A stretch of DNA of 62,946 nt, counting the filler, from Craspedostauros australis (lineage: Eukaryota): assembly GCA_030167865.1 (NCBI GenBank). It is 13 parts of 13 records of this genome, joined end to end, with 100 filler letters (N's around TTAATTAATTAA, not from the genome) between each part and the next. Parts side by side here need not be neighbours in the genome. Positions count along the whole stretch, not along the records: positions 46,836 to 48,374 come from JALAGF010001580.1; positions 48,475 to 50,639 come from JALAGF010001581.1; positions 50,740 to 53,041 come from JALAGF010001583.1; positions 53,142 to 55,041 come from JALAGF010001584.1; positions 55,142 to 56,331 come from JALAGF010001585.1; positions 56,432 to 57,492 come from JALAGF010001586.1; positions 57,593 to 58,597 come from JALAGF010001588.1; positions 58,698 to 60,153 come from JALAGF010001590.1; 5 more parts are not named here. One strand, written 5' to 3'. A program made the position numbers and the translations under genes. Shown here piece after piece: positions 46,736 to 59,156 of the stretch. Each line of letters opens with the position of its first letter. Position 1 is the stretch's first letter. The notes under the pieces were generated by a model, which was not told where the DNA came from, ran no database searches, and was given only the letters and a program-made list of their open reading frames with translations.

Positions 46736-47351
46736 NNNNNNNNNNNNNNNNNNNNNNNNNNNNNNNNNNNNNNNNNNNNTTAATTAATTAANNNNNNNNN
46801 NNNNNNNNNNNNNNNNNNNNNNNNNNNNNNNNNNNTTTTTGACCGCAACTTTTACATGTACCCCTCCACTTTTCTTGTACCAACGGAATCCTTGGGAGTT
46901 GGCGCTTCTTCTGATCTTCCTGAATCAGGGGTCTTCTTACTGCGGTCGGGTCGCCATCGTCCTCCGAAGTACTCGTGAATCGTTTTTTCGGCGACGGGAC
47001 TGATGGGAAAACTCATCAGCGAGGCCATCATCGCTGATTTTCGCGACACATCAATGATTTTTTCGGTGCTCACATCTCTCAACTCGATCGCCGTTTTCAC
47101 ATGCATCACTTGGCATGCGTGTTCATACAGCTCCGTGAATACCTGCCAACACATTGCTTCGCTGATGATCTCTGTGGCTCATCGTTCATGGATCATTCTT
47201 CGTTGCACGCAATCTCTTTGATTGTTTCTTCGCACCGTCGAAGAGATCATCACGATTGGTGATCACAAAATTGCAATCGCAATTCCACCCATTCCACATC
47301 ATCGATCGCCCATCACAACACAAGCACAGCCAATCTCATGCACCCGCGGCC

Positions 47352-48374
47352 ATGCCTGCATCATCTCCGGCTTCTCCCACATCCAAGCGTGCCAAAGTAA
47401 CCAACCCTTCTTCCAATGGCGCGGCAAGCTACAATTGCGCCAAACCCTTCGTGGTATTCCTCAACAGCAATCGGAAAAAATCCCTTCATGCTACCAATGG
47501 AGTGACAGGAGACCGTTCCGCAGGAGCACCAACCGCAAGCAGCAAGGGAGTATGCAATGGCAACAGTGCCTGCATCAGTGTGGCTGGTACCACCACTGCC
47601 AGCAGCACTGCAAGCATACTCGAAAGCAACAGGCGCAGCAGTCGCATTATCGAGCGCCTCAAATGCAAACTTGCATTGAGGTGCGGAAGAAAAAACAAGA
47701 GGAGTGGCCCGATTGCAACCAACAACAGCAACGATGGCGTGGCCAGCAACAATGGCACAGCCAGCAATGATGGCACGGCCAGCAACAATGGAGCAGTGGA
47801 TACAAACCGCACCACTTCGACTGGTGTTGCCATGGCTCCTGATGGAGCAACTGCTGTGGATGGCACAGCCGTTCCTGTGCATGGAGCCAACAGCAATGTT
47901 GCCTATGCACCACTCCCCATCAGTTCGCACAAGCCACTCTTCCGGTCAGTTGGAGGTTTCAACCCATCAGTTGATACCATCCTGGAGGTTTACTTCTCAC
48001 GGCAACTCATCAAGTCCATGCAAGTCCACACCAACAACCATATCTTCAACAGTGGATCCACGGCCAGCTTCGTTTCAGTGAAGGAGATCTACCTCTTCCT
48101 TGCAATCTACTACTACATGGGAGTCTTCAAGGCACCAGCCAAGCGGGATTATTGGCGCGCCCCGTCCATTGGTGTACCATCCCACCTGCTCACAAAGTAC
48201 ATGACACGAGCACGATATGAAGTTGTGTGGAACCACATTCACTTCTCAGCTGTGAGGAATGCCGTTGCTTCTGATACAACCAATGCCACTGACTCGGAAG
48301 ATGAGAATATCAGTGACAGCGAAGACGATCTCATCCAGAGCCGATATGAATCTCTCATGAGTGCAACGGCCAGC
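47352..48374 (+). mobile_element. piggyBac-like (DDE_Tnp_1_7) transposase, N-terminal fragment
   Basis: YFSRQLIKSMQVHTN...VSVKEIYLFLAIYYYMG...KRDYW...MTRARYEVVWNHIHF matches the piggyBac N-terminal block; cut off by the contig end. Confidence 0.8.
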
Positions 48375-49695
48375 NNNNNNNNNNNNNNNNNNNNNNNNNN
48401 NNNNNNNNNNNNNNNNNNTTAATTAATTAANNNNNNNNNNNNNNNNNNNNNNNNNNNNNNNNNNNNNNNNNNNNCTATTGGATTGATCACCCAGGCGGCG
48501 TCGTAAGTGCAGTGTTTGGTGCTCCCCTCTTGTCCTGTGTGTAATTGCTGATTATCAAATTCATTGGGGCGGCAAAATCCCACCTCACGAATAGAGGACG
48601 AGCGAGTCGCAATGTCACATTCCGAAGCAGAGGTGGTGGAAGTTTCCGAATGTCGTGAAAAGACCATGGAGGATGGGACATTTGGTTGCATTGGTTAAAT
48701 ACGCCCTCGTAGGGACAGGTTGGAAACAACGGTTCAGCACATTCCCACTAATCCGCAACACAATCGTCCCAAAGACGCTGATATCTCCAATAGTGGCATG
48801 AAGTGTACAAAACGCTACAAATTTGAGTCTAAATTTCGTTTTTCATGTCCCAATCGACGCAAAAGGCATTAAATAGTCTCGAACATACGCCAAAATGGGA
48901 TGAGAAAGGGCTAATAAATGCGATATGTCGTTGATTTTACCAATTTTCCTGAAGGTGTCTGTCTGAAACGGCAACCACCACAGCAACATCCCCAGTGCAT
49001 GGCGCCTCGTGTCGCCAACCGTTCAACTTTGCAATGTGCGTTCACACCGACCAGCATGTGGGGCCAATGCGCTCCAGGCAATACAGGAGAAACACTGTTT
49101 CGATCCAGTCAGCGCAAGACGTGACAACATGAGCAAGTCCGTGTTCCACGATCCGAACGCGAAATAGAACAAAGGAATGTCCTGGTCCAAGCGCGGCATA
49201 CCCAGTCGAAGATGGCACATGCAGTGTTCGACACAGCAGCCCAATCTCCCTCAGTGTCTCTGTGCATGCCGGTTGTTTTCGGTTTGGTGTGATCCAGCCT
49301 GTTCGATTCTACTTGTGTGGCTGTGTGTCTGACTATGTAGTACGACCAGCGCTGTGCTCCATCACTGGTTTGTTGTACGAGCGCGACAAAGACGAGACAG
49401 ACTCAACATCAACAACATCGAACAGGCAAATTGTTCATGCGGTGTTCGACACAACAGTCCAATCTCCATCAGTGTCTGTGTATGCCAGTTTTCTGTGTGC
49501 AAGTCCAAACCAACACAGATAGCCAGCCAAATAACACACAGAATGGTCCATGTTGTTTTCTGTTCAGTACTAGTCAATATTAGTAGCACTTGCCCTGACT
49601 GTTTTCATCTCTTTCTCTCCTGCCAATTTGGATGTTGTGCTTGTGGATACCATGATTTTGTCCTCCATCCTTTTGGCATAACAAGACACAAGAAA

Positions 49696-50318
49696 ATGGC
49701 CAGGGAGACAACCGAGGCAGCTATTGCACACAAGGAAATGAAGCTTCTGGGACGAGCAGTTGGCACTAGACCCCAGACTCAACCATCATATGGTGTGCAA
49801 GCATGCTTCCAAAGCAACTTTGGAACCCACACAAAAGTGGCCGCAATGGCAGGGGAGGCACTGAATGAGGAGGACTTGCTACCTTGGAATGCCACTATGA
49901 ATCACCTGTTGTGCGCTCTCATGTTCCTCAAACAATATCCAACATGGGGCGTGCTGGCAGGACAAACCGGAAAGGATGTCAAAACTGTACAGAAGTGGAC
50001 ATGGATTATTCTTCGTGCATTGGGGCTCCTCAGCTGTGAACTTGTAAGTAGCACAACTTTGGAACATTGACAACGGAACTGTAACACTCACAATGAAATG
50101 GATGAGTTGCATGCATTATCTCACACACCCTCTGTCTTTGCCAATGTTAATATGTATTGATCCTATCCCAGATATGCTTCGAAGATCGAAAGAGAGGCTG
50201 TCCACCTGGAACGACAACAATGACATCTGTAGATGGCACAGACTTCTGCATCATGGAGCCTACATTGTATGACCCAGGCTGGTATTCTCACAAATTCAAA
50301 GCTGCGGGCCTCTGATAT
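49696..50318 (+). pseudogene. Decayed DDE transposase of the same family as 10932-11984; exons 49696-50043 and 50172-~50318
   Basis: Exon 1 HLLCALMFLKQYPT...KTVQKWTW; GTAAGT donor at 50044; exon 2 ICFEDR...SVDGTDFCIMEP...WYSHKFKAAGL*Y with TGA at 50313-50315; similarity lost afterwards. Confidence 0.82.
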
Positions 50319-50739
50319 GGTTACCATGGTGCTGGAAGAGTTGAATGTGCTGGTGGTCAATCACAGTGATGATGACAATGCTGCGAGACAACGCTGCATT
50401 TTGTACAAGTTGTGACAATCAATGTGATGGGTGTTGATTCGTTGTGAGCGGCGATTGGCGATGTGACGGATGCGTGTTGATTTCTGGTACGAGTGTGGTG
50501 CGATGAGTGTTGGGTGGCTTGTGGCAACGCATGAAACACGCTTGTCATCACTACTGCCACAATGCGGACGTCGCGGCAGTGAGTTGCTGACTTCCGCTTC
50601 TCGCGTCCGTGTTCATGTTTGTTTGTTGATGGTTGAGCGNNNNNNNNNNNNNNNNNNNNNNNNNNNNNNNNNNNNNNNNNNNNTTAATTAATTAANNNNN
50701 NNNNNNNNNNNNNNNNNNNNNNNNNNNNNNNNNNNNNNN

Positions 50740-53041
50740 GGGTGCACTGGACTCCGTTGGCGCTTGTGATGGCATGTCAGATGGAGCCACAGACTCTGTT
50801 GGTGCCTGGGAAGGCAGATCAGACGGTGCACTGGACTCAGTTGGTGCCTGCGAAGGCATGTCAGATGGCGCCACGGACTCAGTTGGTGCCTGAGAGGGCA
50901 GATCAGAGGGCGCGTTGGAATCAGTCGGTGCCTGGGAGGGCAGATCGGATGGCGCCACGGACTCAGTTGGTGACTGTGACGGCATGTCTGAAGGCGCCAC
51001 TGAATCGGTCGGCGCCTGCGATGGCAGATCGGAAGGCGCACTGGAGTCGCTCGGCGGAGCTGATCCTGTTGGGGTGGACGATGGTGCGCTGGAATCACTC
51101 GGTGCGCTGGACTCTGTCGGTGCCTGAGAGGGCATGTCTGATGGCGCCACGGACTCTGTTGGTGCCTGAGAGGGCAGATCCGATGGCGCACTGGACTCAG
51201 TTGGTGCTTGTGATGGCATGTCCGATGGCGCCACGGACTCTGTTGGTGTCTGTGACGGCAAGTCTGATGGAGCCACAGACTCTGTTGGTGCCTGGGAAGG
51301 CAGATCAGAGGGTGCGCTGGACTCCGTTGGTGCCTGCGATGGCATGTCTGATGGAGCCACAGACTCCGTTGGCGCCTGCGAAGGCAAATCGGACGGCGCC
51401 ACGGAATCCGTCGGAGCCTGGGAGGGCAGATCAGAGGGTGCACTGGATTCAGTTGGTGCCTGTGATGGCAGGTCAGAGGGCGCGCTGGATTCGGTTGGTG
51501 CTTGGGAGGGTAGATCCGATGGCGCAACGGACTCCGTTGGTGCTTGGGAAGGCAGATCCGATGGTGCGCTGGACTCCGTTGGCGCTTGGGATGGTAGGTC
51601 CGATGGCGCCACCGATTCTGTTGGCGATTGAGAGGGCAAGTCTGATGGTGCTACGGACTCCGTTGGTGTTTGGGAGGGAAGATCCGATGGTGCGACGGAA
51701 TCTGTTGGTGCCTGCGATGGTAGATCAGAGGGTGCCACGGACTCGGTTGGTGCTTGGGACGGCAAGTCCGATGGCGCCACTGATTCAGTTGGTGCCTGGG
51801 ACGGTAGATCGGAAGGCGCACTGGACTCTGTCGGGGTCTGTGATGGCAGATCAGAGGGTGCTACGGACTCGGTTGGTGCTTGAGACGGCAAATCCGAAGG
51901 CGCGACAGACTCCGTGGGAGCCTGAGATGGCAAATCTGATGGCGCCACAGACTCTGTGGGGCTCTGTGATGGCAGATCCGAAGGTGCGACGGACTCCGTT
52001 GGTGCTTGCGACGGCATGTCGGAAGGTGCGACGGACTCGGTGGGAGTCTGCGAGGGCAGATCAGAAGGCATGATGGATTCCGTTGGTGTTTGGGACGGCA
52101 TATCAGACGGCGCCACAGACTCGGTGGGAGTCTGCGATGGCATGTCTGAGGGAGCCACAGACTCGGTTGGTGCTTGAGACGGCAAATCCGAAGGTGCGAC
52201 AGACTCCGTCGGAGCCTGAGATGGCAAGTCTGATGGCGCCACAGACTCTGTCGGTGCCTGTGAGGGCAGATCCGAAGGTGCGACAGACTCCGTCGGAACC
52301 TGAGATGGCAAGTCTGATGGTGCCACAGACTCTGTCGGTGCCTGTGAGGGTAGATCCGAAGGTGCGACAGACTCCGTTGGTGCTTGCGATGGTAGATCCG
52401 AAGGCGCGACAGACTCCGTCGGAGCCTGAGATGGCAAATCTGATGGCGCCACAGACTCTGTCGGTGCCTGTGAGGGCAGATCAGAGGGCGCAATGGACTC
52501 AGTCGGAGTCTGGGACGGCATGTCGGACGGCGCCACGGACTCGGTGGGAGTCTGCGAGGGCAGGTCCGAGGGCGCGACAGACTCCGTTGGTGCTTGGGAC
52601 GGCAGGTCCGAAGGCGCCACGGACTCCGTCGGAGTCTGCGATGGCATGTCGGACGGCGCCACTGATTCGGTCGGGCTCTGTGATGGCAGATCAGAGGGTG
52701 CGACAGACTCCGTCGGAGCCTGAGATGGCAAATCTGATGGCGCCACAGACTCTGTCGGTGCCTGTGAGGGCAGATCAGAAGGTGCCACGGACTCCGTCGG
52801 TGCCTGCGACGGCATGTCGGAAGGTGCCACGGACTCAGTGGGAGTCTGCGAGGGCAAGTCTGATGGTGCGCTGGATTCCGTTGGTGCTTGAGATGGCAGA
52901 TCAGAGGGAGCCATGGACTCTGTCGGAGTCTGGGACGGCATATCGGAAGGCGCAATGGACTCTGTCGGTGCTTGGGATGGCAGATCAGACGGCGCAATGG
53001 ACTCAGTCGGAGTCTGCGACGGCATGTCTGATGGCGCCACA
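50740..53041 (-). CDS. Internal fragment of a mucin-like Pro/Ser/Thr-rich protein: ~55 x 14-aa repeat APSD(L/M)PSQ(A/T/S)PTES(V/S/I)
   Basis: One frame is open across the whole 2.3-kb contig; the 42-bp units vary mostly at third codon positions; both ends truncated by linkers. Confidence 0.88.
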
Positions 53042-55141
53042 NNNNNNNNNNNNNNNNNNNNNNNNNNNNNNNNNNNNNNNNNNNNTTAATTAATTAANNN
53101 NNNNNNNNNNNNNNNNNNNNNNNNNNNNNNNNNNNNNNNNNCACTGTTTATTTTTAATTTTAAACGATGTGTTGTTGAGATATAACATCATAAGCAGTTG
53201 TTTGGATGGTTTTGGATGTGCTCTAATTTAGTCTACTTTATCACGACTCATCACGAGTAAAACTCAAAAAACACTCCACAACTAGTGCTATCGCGACACC
53301 GTTTTACATTGAGTGCAGGTCGTATCACTCATCGCTCGCTTCATTGTTCATTGAAGGTACATGTGTTCTATTATGCTCTGCCTGCTTGTGCAAGGAGGCG
53401 CGTGGCTGATCCAAGATCAACAGGCTTAATACTCGTGTGAGTATTTCAATGGACTAAAAATTGGTCGGAGCATCGCCAAGACACGCCTGGAAGCACCGCT
53501 CGAATGCATCCATGGCTCGTACGGCAGAGAAAAGCGCGGATCGTCCTGTTTGCGAAATTTTGCTTCGCGCACATTTGCGCGCTGGTGCTTCCTGTTGTCG
53601 CAGCTCTCGTGTTAGTATGAATGAATGGTGCTGGGCGCACTGTGGCCCATAGCATCGTATAATGCTCTTTTTGCCATCCAGAACACGAGCAATTCATCTA
53701 TTATACCACGCAAGTTGAATCGAGAATGGCGCTTGTGCAAGTTGGGTGGCGTACGGTAAACAAGGAACGTGTCAGGAGATGAATACGGAAAGAATGGGAA
53801 ATGCGGCTTCTTGGCGGTGGTGACAACCTTCAGCCCAATCCCTTCACGATTTTCCAGCTTGCACAGCGCAGGAGAGGAGAACGGAAGTCGCAGGCACATT
53901 GACCATGGCGGCTGCACAAGAACACCAGCTACCGCCGCCGAAACAGGAGCGGCGACCCGGCTGTCCTTTCTTGCCATGTTCGTACACCCCTCGTTCTCTC
54001 CACTCCGGTGATGCCTCTCCTTGCGAAGCAATGTGTGTCCACCACAGACAGAAATCACCCATCTTTGCGACGCGCAGCTTCATGCAGTGTACACTATTAT
54101 ATGTTAATGTAGTATAGTCGATCGTGTGTGCGTTTGTGCGTGCTGGTACTGGGTTTGTGGTGGCACTCGCATTCTTGCATTTCTGTTCCTGTCCCTGTTC
54201 TTGGCCTCTCTATCCGTATCACTGCAAGTCGGCGAGCCCGGTTCCGCCTCTGCTCATGGATAACAATTCTCACCAACATGTGTCGATCAAAGCCTTCACT
54301 GCACCTGTGATCTTCATCTGCACGGAGCGCCATGTTGGTGCTCATGTTGGCGGATGTGGGCAGAACACAGCGGAGTCGAGTGGAGTAGATTCCAGTACCC
54401 AATTGCCGGAATGGACGATACTGTTCCTTTTCGCAGTTCCCCACCCTTCCCAACGATCTCAGTTCGTGGGGGCATACGACCCCATTCAGGATACGATAGT
54501 ACATTCTTGCCGATTTTTAATTTGAGGACCGATATCATCCTATTATGTTGTGGAGGGTACATCTGTGAAATATTAGACGCCTGGACCTTATAGTTAAAAA
54601 GTTTATATTTTTCGCATCAATCTACGACTACAAACGAAAGGCATGCGGACGCAGAAGGGCAAATTGTGTTGGGAATCACCAGTCGTGCTTCAGCTTGCTG
54701 TCCAGTCGTGTCCTTGATCGACAGACTCACATTTCGCGTGGGGAAGGCGGTTGGGTGCGAAGAGATGTTGAGGATTGCCCGGTAGCAGTAGGCATGGTGA
54801 TGATGATGCTTCATCTGGGCTGTGGATNNNNNNNNNNNNNNNNNNNNNNNNNNNNNNNNNNNNNNNCAGAGTTGTGGGTTGGTGGGTAATCCAGATCTTC
54901 ACCCCCGCCTTGACTTTCACACTGCCTTGTTCTCGGTTCTGCTGCCGTTCATGCCCTGGGACGTTGAGCTTCGTCCATGTCTCAATCAGCACACACTGCC
55001 TTCCCTCCACATGCACACTCTATCCCTTCATTACCCAGAGANNNNNNNNNNNNNNNNNNNNNNNNNNNNNNNNNNNNNNNNNNNNTTAATTAATTAANNN
55101 NNNNNNNNNNNNNNNNNNNNNNNNNNNNNNNNNNNNNNNNN

Positions 55142-56291
55142 CGAACAGCTTGACGAGCCATGGCAGAAGGAAGGGATTTTCACCGCATTATCCGCTCGCA
55201 CCTACATTGGGAGCGCATGTGAGAAAATTGAAGCATTGCTTCAACGATCACTTCCAACGCATCAAACACCGATGGCAGAGCAATACCATGCGGAGTTGGA
55301 TGACACTGACATGCTGGACAAAGGGGCGGCAAGCAAGTTCCGAACCATGGTCGGGTGTGCCAACTGGATCATTACATTGGGTCGGTATGACGTCCAGTTT
55401 GCGACCATGTCCCTCTCTCGGTTCTCNATGGCCCCACGTCAAGGCCACCTCAAGGCCATGATCCGTGTGTTCGGCTACCTGAAATCACACCGCAATGGAC
55501 GACTACTCTGCGATCCCACACCACCAGATCACCCCATGCAACCACAAACGGATAACGAGAAATGGATGGAGTACTACCCACAAGCAGAAGAAGCAACACC
55601 ACACAACATGCCACCACCCAAAGGGAAACCTGCGTACATCACAGTATACGTCGATGCTGACCATGCGCATGATGTTGTAACCCGACGTTCTGTCACCGGC
55701 ATTGTTGCCAAAATCAATGGGATGGTTGTCCGTTCCTTCAGCAAGCGACAAAACACAGTCAAGTCATCAACATATGGTGCTGAACTCGTTGCAGCGAGAA
55801 TCGCAGTCGACATGATCATGGAACTCAGGACGGCACTGCGCGTACTGGGCGTTCCCATCCCTGAACCTGCGATCCTACTTGGTGACAACAAGTCTGTGGT
55901 GTTGAATACGACAATCCCGTCAAGCGTCCTCAAGAAGAAGCATTGTGGCATCGCTTACCACCGTGTCAGGGAAGCCATCGCAGCAGGAGCCGTGCAATTC
56001 CTCCACATCACGTCACACGACAATGAAGCTGACCTGCTCACGAAACCAGTGTCGAAAGCCGTCTTCCATCGCCTCATCCGGATGTCCATATTCCGAGCAC
56101 CTGCACACCTGAAGAAAGCCAAGGAGACGACGAAGATTCTGCCAGCTGAGCCAACCGCAAGTACATCACATGACAACATGGTCCATGCATTCGTACATGT
56201 GTATCAGGCTACGCACGTGTATACTCCCCGTCATACCCTGAAGGGGCGTAATGAAGAGAAGTGGTCAAGCGGGTCGGCCACAAACCGGTAG
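55142..56291 (+). mobile_element. Ty1/copia (CoDi-like) RT C-terminus and RNase H fragment
   Basis: FRTMVGCANW..GRYDVQFA, VYVDADHAHDVVTRRSVTG, SSTYGAELVAAR, GDNKSV, YHRVREAIAAG, NEADLLTK. Confidence 0.93.
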
Positions 56292-56431
56292 GGAAGCAGA
56301 ACAGCAACCGAACGTGTCAAAGATCGAAGGCNNNNNNNNNNNNNNNNNNNNNNNNNNNNNNNNNNNNNNNNNNNNTTAATTAATTAANNNNNNNNNNNNN
56401 NNNNNNNNNNNNNNNNNNNNNNNNNNNNNNN

Positions 56432-57010
56432 GGACATAGACGGCATGCTTGGATCGAAGTGGATGTGTTTGTCGATGTGATGCTGTTGGAGAGCATGGAC
56501 ATGAACGGCATGCTTCAATCGAAGTGGATGTGGCTGTCGATGCTGTTGGAGAGCATGGACATGGACGGCATGCTTCAATCGAAGTGGATGTGGCTGTCGA
56601 TGCGATGCTGTTGGAGAGCATGGACATGGACGGCATGATTGGATCGAAGTGGATGTGGCTGTCGATGTGATGCTGTTGGAGAGCATGGACATGGACGGCA
56701 TGCTTCAATCGAAGTGTTTGTCGATGTGATGCTGTTGGAGAGCATGGACACGGATGGCATGCTTCAATCGAAGTGTTTGTCGATGTGATGCTGTTGGAGA
56801 GCATGGACATGGACGGCATGATTGGATCGAAGTGGATGTGTTTGTCGATGTGATGCTGTTGGAGAGCATGGACATAGACGGCATGCTTCAATGGATGCGG
56901 CTGTGGCTGCCGATGTGATGCTGTTGGAGAGCATGAACATGGACGGCATGCTTCAATCGAAGTGGATTTGGCTGTCGATGCGATGCTGTTGGCAAGCATG
57001 GGCATCGATG
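56432..57010. repeat. Minisatellite, ~9 units of 58-66 bp (core GATGCTGTTGGAGAGCATGGACATGGACGGCATGCTTCAATCGAAGTG)
   Basis: Directly visible; unit lengths vary and break the frame. Confidence 0.9.
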
Positions 57011-57592
57011 TGGATGTGATGATGAGGGGCTGGGCTTTTCAGTTTGGTTTTGTGCTGTTGATGTTGATGTTGATGTTGATGTTGTCATTGTCTTTGCTGT
57101 TGTGGTCACTTTCAGTGTCACTTTCATTTTCACTTTCGTCGTGGCTGTCGTAGTTGCTTTCGTAGTTGCTGTGCTGTCGGCTTTTCGTCTTCTGCCCATC
57201 CTGGTGCCTTGATGTGCAATGGACATGAACAATGACGCAAGCCCACACCAAAACAAGCCAAGTTCCTTGTTCTGGGCCACTCAAAACCGATGACTTTCAT
57301 TGGCGCAGAAACCGGACACAACCGTCCAACCCAGAACCTGGATACCGCGAACTGTCGTTGCAGACACCAAAACGACTCTTTTTACATAACGGAGTGATTT
57401 CGAAGTTGTTTCAACGCCTCGATGAAATTTGTTTGAAATTGAATGTAACATGTGGAAGACGTCTCATGCAGCTGGAAAACGATCAAAACACGNNNNNNNN
57501 NNNNNNNNNNNNNNNNNNNNNNNNNNNNNNNNNNNNTTAATTAATTAANNNNNNNNNNNNNNNNNNNNNNNNNNNNNNNNNNNNNNNNNNNN

Positions 57593-58228
57593 GCAATCGC
57601 ATCCCAGCTCGTAGATCTCTTCCATCGCTTCCTTGGCATCGTCAGCGGCTGCCGCGATCTCGCTCACTGTTGGCACTTTGGTTTTGCCCAACATCACGTC
57701 TCTCGTCTTCTGTGCACGAGCGTATGCCTTCGCTTGGGACTCCCATGCGCTGTAGTCTTCCTGTTCACCGCTGAACATCGGCGCCTTGATGCGTCGCTTG
57801 TTTACGTTGGCTGATGTCGCCATGTTGATTCGTTGTTTCGTTGTTGGTGCGCTCGCGCCCTTGATTTCCGTTTGTTTCTGTGTTGTCACTTTTTCGNTTT
57901 TCGCCTGTTGTTGCGCGGAGATTGTTTTCGTCACAAATTCTCCTCCTGGTGGTGTCTCACTTTTACCACTTCGTTTGGCTGTGCGAATGCTCTCTGTCAC
58001 ACCAGTCTCCTCTCGCTTGATCGCCTTGAGGATCCTCTCCTTCTCGCGATGTAGCCTTGCAGACCGTTCTTCTTCGGTCTCATCGATCGCGCTTGCGTCT
58101 GCGCCTGATAGGACAGTAGCCGCGGCTGCTTCCTTCTCTTCTCGTGGTGGAGTGTCACTCGCACCTTCTTCTCTCTTGATAGTCGGGTTGGACAGAGGGA
58201 TTTCTCTCAATTCCTCTTCCTCGCTCAT
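57593..58228 (-). mobile_element. Ty1/copia Gag N-terminal fragment
   Basis: APMFSGEQEDYSAWESQAKAYARAQKTRDVMLG resembles the copia Gag N-terminal (DUF4219-like) motif; an LTR-end-like CCAACA lies upstream on the minus strand at 58316-58311. Confidence 0.75.
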
Positions 58229-58697
58229 TCAGCTTGTTGCTCTTGAATGATGTTCNTCTTCCTCGCACGATNCGATCCGCGGGCTCGCCCTGATCTATCG
58301 TTTATAAACGTGTTGGCAAGTTCCGCNCACGGTAACCTACGATCGTGGAAGATGGTGTTGGTTGATAGTCGTTCGTTTGCTATTTCATTAGTTGGCTACT
58401 CCGATGCTCTCGGTGTACGCCGTTCTCTTGCCCGATGCTCTTGGTGCTTCAATCTGTTTCGTAGATTCAGTCTCCGACTATGAGTCGGTACGCGAGATGC
58501 TCTCTCGCTCCTCTTCTGTATTCTCTCTCTCTCAACATCGTGTGCTCGTCGCGCACGATACTCCGTGTTCGATACGTACTCCGTATTCGACACTCCGNNN
58601 NNNNNNNNNNNNNNNNNNNNNNNNNNNNNNNNNNNNNNNNNTTAATTAATTAANNNNNNNNNNNNNNNNNNNNNNNNNNNNNNNNNNNNNNNNNNNN

Positions 58698-58998
58698 TCT
58701 GATGTTCCAAACCTGCGGATGTTCTTGTCCGCAGGAGGGGCGCGTGCTGTCCTCTGAAGAAGGTGCGTCACCTGCCCATGGTCTTGCCGTTCTGATCAAC
58801 GTCGTCGTCTGCATGGTTGCCATGGTTGGCTTGGTATCGGGACCTCCTGATCTGCCATAGGTGTCGTCCTTGCGTTACTGGAGGACAGGCTATCTTCCTC
58901 ACGGTGGTACAGGTATCAATCGCGTCCGTACCCTTAGTCATAGTCATATTGACATGGCATATAAAGGTGTGACAAATAGTCTCAGAACATGTGACGAA
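58698..58998 (-). repeat. 301-bp segment, reverse complement of 60254-60554 (probable LTR part)
   Basis: The ends and inspected internal stretches match in inverted orientation. Confidence 0.88.
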
Positions 58999-59156
58999 TA
59001 ATATTCAAAGCTGTGACGAACAATGTTGGGAGGTGCGGCAATCACGGGTATTCCGACAAAGTCGTACCCTCAATTCCTAATCCCCTTCCATTGTCGCATC
59101 GACAACATAACATCCATCATCACCATCCTTTTCTTTCACCTTTCGCCTTACTCCCA

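Noticed and set aside
46852..47154. 100-aa minus ORF next to the piggyBac fragment
   Set aside because: There is an upstream in-frame stop and no recognisable family.
53446..54560. Several 100-150-aa ORFs
   Set aside because: Overlapping on both strands with no motifs or consistent coding signal.
56432..57010. CRISPR-like array or His-rich repeat protein
   Set aside because: The sequence between conserved cores is also repeated, and variable unit lengths shift the frame.
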